Positions 60,057 to 64,000 of a stretch of 64,000 nt of DNA are shown piece by piece. Source of the stretch: an uncultured Chloroflexia bacterium (GTDB lineage: Bacteria > Chloroflexota > Limnocylindria > Limnocylindrales > CSP1-4); NCBI GenBank assembly GCA_963734935.1, contig CAVTIO010000009.1:85698-149697 (forward strand). The letters are read 5' to 3'. The notes beneath the pieces were generated by a model, which did not search any database, was not told the DNA's origin, and worked only from the letters and a program-made list of their open reading frames with translations. How positions within the stretch are numbered: the first letter of the stretch is position 1; every line of letters begins with the position of its first letter. Made by a program: the position numbers and the translations under genes.

Positions 60057-61691
60057 ATGTCGTCCTCGCCAGCATCCATCTCCGCGTTCCCGATCGTCGA
60101 GATCCTTGAGGCGCTCGACGGCTGGCAGCGTGAGCCAGGGCCTGGCCAGCGTCGTGCGGTGGCGCACGCCCTGGGCAGCGTGCTCGAGATGGTCGCCGTG
60201 CGCGGCGCGATCCTCGAGGTCTCGGCCGAGCCGCTGACCCCGCTGACCGTCGCCGCTGGCAGCCTCACGGAGCGCGCCGGGCATGCGGCCGACCGTGGCG
60301 CTGAGAGCGTCGACGACCACGCCGACACGAGCGGGCTCACCGTGCACGAGCTCTTCTCGAGCGAGAGCGAGCGATCGCTCGGTCGCCTGCTCCTGGACGC
60401 TGACGCGACCGACGTCGCGCGGGACGCGGCGGCGCGGAGCATCGGACTTGCCGTGGACGCGGCCTGGTCGCGTGCGGTCGTGCACACCCGCGTCGAGCAG
60501 CTGGCAGCCCTGGAGTCCGCGACCCGCGCCGTGGCCGCCGAGCTGGACATCGATTGGGTGCTCCAGCTGATCGTGGACCGCGTCCGCGACCTCGTGGGCT
60601 CCCGATACGCGGCCTTGGGGATCGCCGATGCACGCGGTCGGATCGAGCGCTTCATCACCAGCGGCATCGACCCGGAGAGCCGGGCAGCCATCGGCCCCGT
60701 CCCGGCCGGCCGCGGCCTGCTGGGCCTGATCATCCGCGAAGGCCGCACCTACCGGACCGATGACATCTCGAGGCATCCGGCCCACGTCGGCTTCCCACCC
60801 AAGCATCCGCCGATGACGTCGTTCCTCGGTGTCCCGGTGCTGGTCAAGGGACGCTCGGTGGGCAACCTGTACCTGACCGACAAGCGCCTCGGTGGGCCGT
60901 TCACGGCAGATGACGAGCGGCTGGTCGAGATGTTCGCCGGCCATGCCGGTATCGCGATCGACAACGCGCGCCTCCACGACGAGGTGCAGCGGCTGGCCGT
61001 GGTCGACGAGCGCGAGCGGATCGGCAAGGATCTCCACGATGGCATCATCCAGTCCATCTACGCGGTCGGCCTGTCTCTCGAGGACGTGCCGGAGCTGGTC
61101 GAGGCGGAGAGTGATCGTGACGAGGCGATCGCGCGCGTGGACCGGGCGATCGATGCCCTGAACCTCGTGATCGCGGACATCCGCTCGTACATCCTCCGGC
61201 TGGCCGCGGCCGCAGGCCCGGAGGACGATCCGGTGGCCTCCCTTGTGCGCCTGGGCGAGGAGCTCGAGTTGCACGCGATGGTGGATCTCGACCTGGATCT
61301 TGAAGGCGGCGCAGACGCCCTCCGGTCACTCGAGCCCGACCGTCGGTCGGACCTGCTGTTCATCGTTCGCGAAGCGCTGTCAAACGTCTCGCGCCACGCC
61401 GCCGCGTCCCACCTGCTGCTGAGCCTCGATGAGATCGACGGTGATCTGGTGCTGACAATCGTGGACAACGGGCGCGGTTTCGACCCGGATGCGGTCCCCG
61501 GTCCCGATGCCGCTGGGCGCCACCAGGGGCTGGCCAACATGCGCTCACGCGCGGTCGGGATGGGCGGCACGTTCACGATCGGTGGCCCCGATGGCCCGGG
61601 CACGCGTATCATCGTCCGCGTGCCGGCCTCGTCCCAGGCCGACATCGGGGAGCATGCTCCCACCGTACTCGGAGATGCCGATCGTGACTGA
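60057..61691 (+). CDS. GAF-domain sensor histidine kinase (HisKA_3/NarL-type)
   Basis: GAF-like AAELDIDWVLQLIVDRVRDLVGSRYAALGI...GLLGLIIREGRTYRTDDISRHPAHVGFPPKHPPMTSFLGVPV; HisKA_3 ERERIGKDLHDGIIQSIYAVGLSLE; HATPase LFIVREALSNVSRHA...DNGRGF...GLANMRSRA. Start uncertain (ATG 60057; ORF track gives 59952). Confidence 0.75.
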   Translation: MSSSPASISAFPIVEILEALDGWQREPGPGQRRAVAHALGSVLEMVAVRGAILEVSAEPLTPLTVAAGSLTERAGHAADRGAESVDDHADTSGLTVHELFSSESERSLGRLLLDADATDVARDAAARSIGLAVDAAWSRAVVHTRVEQLAALESATRAVAAELDIDWVLQLIVDRVRDLVGSRYAALGIADARGRIERFITSGIDPESRAAIGPVPAGRGLLGLIIREGRTYRTDDISRHPAHVGFPPKHPPMTSFLGVPVLVKGRSVGNLYLTDKRLGGPFTADDERLVEMFAGHAGIAIDNARLHDEVQRLAVVDERERIGKDLHDGIIQSIYAVGLSLEDVPELVEAESDRDEAIARVDRAIDALNLVIADIRSYILRLAAAAGPEDDPVASLVRLGEELELHAMVDLDLDLEGGADALRSLEPDRRSDLLFIVREALSNVSRHAAASHLLLSLDEIDGDLVLTIVDNGRGFDPDAVPGPDAAGRHQGLANMRSRAVGMGGTFTIGGPDGPGTRIIVRVPASSQADIGEHAPTVLGDADRD

Positions 61692-62355
61692 CCTGGCCTC
61701 GCGTCCACTCCGCCTGCTCGTCGTCGACGACCACGAGGTCGTGCGACAGGGGCTTGTCGCACTGCTCGACCGACGGGAGGGGTTTCAGGTCGTCGCCGAG
61801 GCCGGCAGCGCCGCCGAATCGATCGAGCAGGCGCGCCGCTTCCAGCCCGACATCGTCATCATGGATGTCCGACTGCCGGACGGGTCGGGCATAGAGGCGT
61901 GTCGTGAGATCCGGGCGGAGCTGCCCGAGACCCGTGTCGTGATGCTCACCTCGTACCCCGACGAGGAGGCGGTCCTGTCGGCGATCGTCGCCGGGGCGTC
62001 GGGCTACCTGCTCAAGCAGATCCGCGCGCGCGATCTGGTCGCTGCCCTGGAATCCGTCGGTCGCGGCGAATCGCTGCTAGATCCAGCCGTCACCGAGAAG
62101 GTGCTCGAGCGGGTGCGTCGCATCGCCACAGGCGCCTACACCGACGAGATGGCCCAGCTGACCGCGCAGGAGCAGCGGATCCTGCTGCTGGTCGCGGAGG
62201 GAAAGACCAACAAGGAGATCGCGGCCGAGGTCTTCCTGTCGGACAAGACAGTCAAGAACTACGTGAGCTCGATCCTCTCGAAGCTCAACCTCGAACGGCG
62301 CGCCCAGGCCGCGGCGTTCGTTGCCAAGCACCGGCTGGACCGCGGCGGCGCATAG
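61675..62355 (+). CDS. LuxR/NarL-family two-component response regulator
   Basis: LRLLVVDDHEVVRQGL...PDIVIMDVRLPDGSG (receiver domain); LTAQEQRILLLVAEGKTNKEIAAEVFLSDKTVKNYVSSILSKLN (LuxR HTH). It overlaps the HK 3' end by 17 nt. Confidence 0.85.
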   Translation: MPIVTDLASRPLRLLVVDDHEVVRQGLVALLDRREGFQVVAEAGSAAESIEQARRFQPDIVIMDVRLPDGSGIEACREIRAELPETRVVMLTSYPDEEAVLSAIVAGASGYLLKQIRARDLVAALESVGRGESLLDPAVTEKVLERVRRIATGAYTDEMAQLTAQEQRILLLVAEGKTNKEIAAEVFLSDKTVKNYVSSILSKLNLERRAQAAAFVAKHRLDRGGA

Positions 62356-62360
62356 GCGCC

Positions 62361-62777
62361 TTGGAGGATGACCTCGTCCGCTGGGGGCGTGTCCTCCGGA
62401 TCGAGACCCGGGGCCGGCTGACGGGCCACGCGGCTCGGGCGGTCGTGGGTTTCGTGGAACGCAGTGACGGCACCGTGGTGGTCGCCGCCGGATCCCCCGA
62501 TGCAAACTGGGCACGCAACCTGCTCGAGGAACCGCTCTGTCGGATCACGATCGCCGATGCGACCTGGGAGGCGACTGCACGCGAGCTCGCGGGGGCCGAG
62601 CACGCGGGGGCGGTACGGGACCTGATCCTGCGCTACGGAACGCCTTCGGAGAACCTGGGCCCGGGGCCGGCATTCGAGGTTCGGCGAGCTGGCGAGCCGC
62701 TCGCCGCCGCGGTCGAGCCTCCCGAGGCCGAGGACGGGCGTTCCGGCCTCGCACCTGATGTCATCCGGCCGGCCTGA
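62361..62777 (+). CDS. Nitroreductase-family deazaflavin (F420)-dependent oxidoreductase (DUF385/Ddn-like)
   Basis: About 138 aa; GRVLRIETRGRLTGHAARAVVGFVERSDGTVVVAAGSPDANWARNLLEEPLCRITI matches the split-barrel Ddn-like pattern. Confidence 0.55.
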   Translation: MEDDLVRWGRVLRIETRGRLTGHAARAVVGFVERSDGTVVVAAGSPDANWARNLLEEPLCRITIADATWEATARELAGAEHAGAVRDLILRYGTPSENLGPGPAFEVRRAGEPLAAAVEPPEAEDGRSGLAPDVIRPA

Positions 62778-62806
62778 CGGCGGCCGGCCCAACCTAGACT
62801 CGAACC

Positions 62807-64000
62807 ATGCGTATCGTCACCCCCCAGGAAGCCGTGGCCGGCATCAAGTCCGGCGACCAGATCTACGTCCAGTGCGCGGCGGCCACGCCCGAGGTTCTGC
62901 TCCAGGCGCTGGTCGATCGGGCCCAGGATCTGCACGACGTCGGCATCGCGCACCTGCACTGCGAGGGCCCAGGCCCACACCTCGCCCCCGAGATGGCGCC
63001 GCATTTCCGGCATCGCGCGCTGTTCGTGGGTCCCAACGCGCGCCGGGCCGTGGCCGAGGGACGTGCGGACTTCGTTCCGGTGTTCCTCTCGGACGTGCCC
63101 GAGCTGTTCACCTCGGGCGCACTGGCGCTCGACGCCGTGTTCGTCAACGCGACCCCGCCGGACGCGCACGGCTTCTGCTCGCTGGGCGTGTCGGTCGAGG
63201 CGATGCATGCCGCGATCGATGCCGCGAAGACGGTCATCGTGCAGCTCAACCGTGCGATGCCGCGGACGCTGGGTGAGTCGTTCATCCACGTCAGCCAGAT
63301 CGACCTCGGCGTCGAGGTCGACGAGCCCGTGCACGAGGTGCCCAAGCCGGTCATCGGTGACGTCGAGCGCCAGATCGGCCACCACATCGCGGACCTCGTC
63401 GAGGACGGCGCGACGCTCCAGTTCGGGATCGGTGCGATCCCGACCGCGACAGCGGAGTTCCTCGTCGACAAGAAGGATCTCGGGATCCACACGGAGATGT
63501 TCACCGACGCGGTCGTGGACCTGGTCGAGGCCGGGGTCATCACCGGTGATCGCAAGGCACGCAACCGGGGCAAGCTCGTGGCGGCGTTCATGATGGGAAC
63601 GAGCAAGCTGTACGACTTCGTCCGCGACAATCCGATGGTCGAGATGCGGGCGGTCGACTTCACCAACGACACGCACGTCATCCGGTCGTTCCCCAACATG
63701 ACGGCCATCAACTCCGCGATCGAGGTCGATCTCACCGGGCAGGTCGTTGCGGACTCGATCGGATACCGGGTGTACTCGGGCATCGGCGGCCAGATGGACT
63801 TCATCCGAGGGGCTGCGCTGGCGCCCGGTGGCCGGGCGATCATCGCGCTGCCGTCGACGGCTGGTGCCGACGGCTCGGTGTCACGGATCACCCCCGCACT
63901 CAAGGAGGGTGCCGGTGTGGTCACGACCCGCGCGCACGTGCGCACGGTGGTGACCGAGTACGGCGTTGCCGAGCTGTGGGGCCGAAGCCTGCGCGAGCGG
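62807..64000 (+). CDS. Acetyl-CoA hydrolase/transferase family protein (4-hydroxybutyrate/succinyl-CoA:acetate CoA-transferase-like), 3' end beyond window
   Basis: My own translation from the ATG at 62807 gives MRIVTPQEAVAGIKSGDQIYVQCAAATPEVLLQALVDRAQ...ATLQFGIGAIPTA...YSGIGGQMDFIRGAALAPGGRAIIALPSTA. There is no in-window stop, so it is absent from the ORF track. Confidence 0.7.
   Translation, partial: MRIVTPQEAVAGIKSGDQIYVQCAAATPEVLLQALVDRAQDLHDVGIAHLHCEGPGPHLAPEMAPHFRHRALFVGPNARRAVAEGRADFVPVFLSDVPELFTSGALALDAVFVNATPPDAHGFCSLGVSVEAMHAAIDAAKTVIVQLNRAMPRTLGESFIHVSQIDLGVEVDEPVHEVPKPVIGDVERQIGHHIADLVEDGATLQFGIGAIPTATAEFLVDKKDLGIHTEMFTDAVVDLVEAGVITGDRKARNRGKLVAAFMMGTSKLYDFVRDNPMVEMRAVDFTNDTHVIRSFPNMTAINSAIEVDLTGQVVADSIGYRVYSGIGGQMDFIRGAALAPGGRAIIALPSTAGADGSVSRITPALKEGAGVVTTRAHVRTVVTEYGVAELWGRSLRER

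Noticed and set aside
59975-61762. Minus ORFs 59975..60748 and 61058..61762
   Set aside because: They are shadows of the histidine kinase gene.
62863-63945. 360-aa minus ORF
   Set aside because: It is a shadow of the acetyl-CoA hydrolase/transferase family gene that runs off the window end.

Overview
The window is about 70% GC and looks like an Actinomycetota-type chromosome segment (GlgE pathway, F420/LLM enzymes, Tat signals). Mirror-strand shadow ORFs are everywhere, so I called genes only where the translation shows recognisable family motifs, or signal peptides, TM segments and translational coupling. The content falls into five blocks.

1. Alpha-glucan, trehalose and glycogen metabolism (1-16 kb). 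It holds a partial GH13 enzyme, a treS-maltokinase fusion and a GntR regulator. Two GH57 genes follow, one of them frameshifted, then glgP, glgA, an ACT protein and an LLM oxidoreductase.

2. A tRNA-Gly(TCC) at 18.49 kb followed by an accessory-looking cell-envelope island (18.8-39.6 kb). It has a GT-C (GT39/ArnT-like) glycosyltransferase and two PF04185-type phosphoesterases. It also has three GH99-like proteins, two of them fused to metallophosphatase domains and carrying Pro/Thr linkers. The largest gene encodes a roughly 1450-aa surface protein built as metallophosphatase-FN3-DNRLRE-PKD; it contains an exact 2 x 1020-bp tandem duplication and a +1 frameshift in its PT linker. Next to it are a GtrA-like flippase domain fused to an HprK-like P-loop domain, and a Ppm1/GtrB-like polyprenol-phosphate-sugar synthase. 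I interpret this island as a Gtr-type or O-mannosylation-type extracytoplasmic glycosylation system encoded together with its likely Pro/Thr-rich secreted substrates. It is the most novel candidate in the window.

3. A MoxR-DUF58-DUF4129 operon immediately followed by glgM(glgA-like)-glgE (40.4-47.4 kb).

4. Housekeeping and catabolic genes (47.4-57.2 kb): DUF427, fabI, HAD-IIA, GNAT, M14 carboxypeptidase, P5C-type aldehyde dehydrogenase, class-III aminotransferase and GctAB-like CoA-transferase.

5. A stress and redox module (57.3-64.0 kb): membrane protein, Usp, Tat-exported multicopper oxidase, GAF histidine kinase with LuxR-type response regulator, deazaflavin nitroreductase, and a partial 4-hydroxybutyrate/acetyl-CoA transferase.

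I saw no CRISPR array, integrase or transposase.
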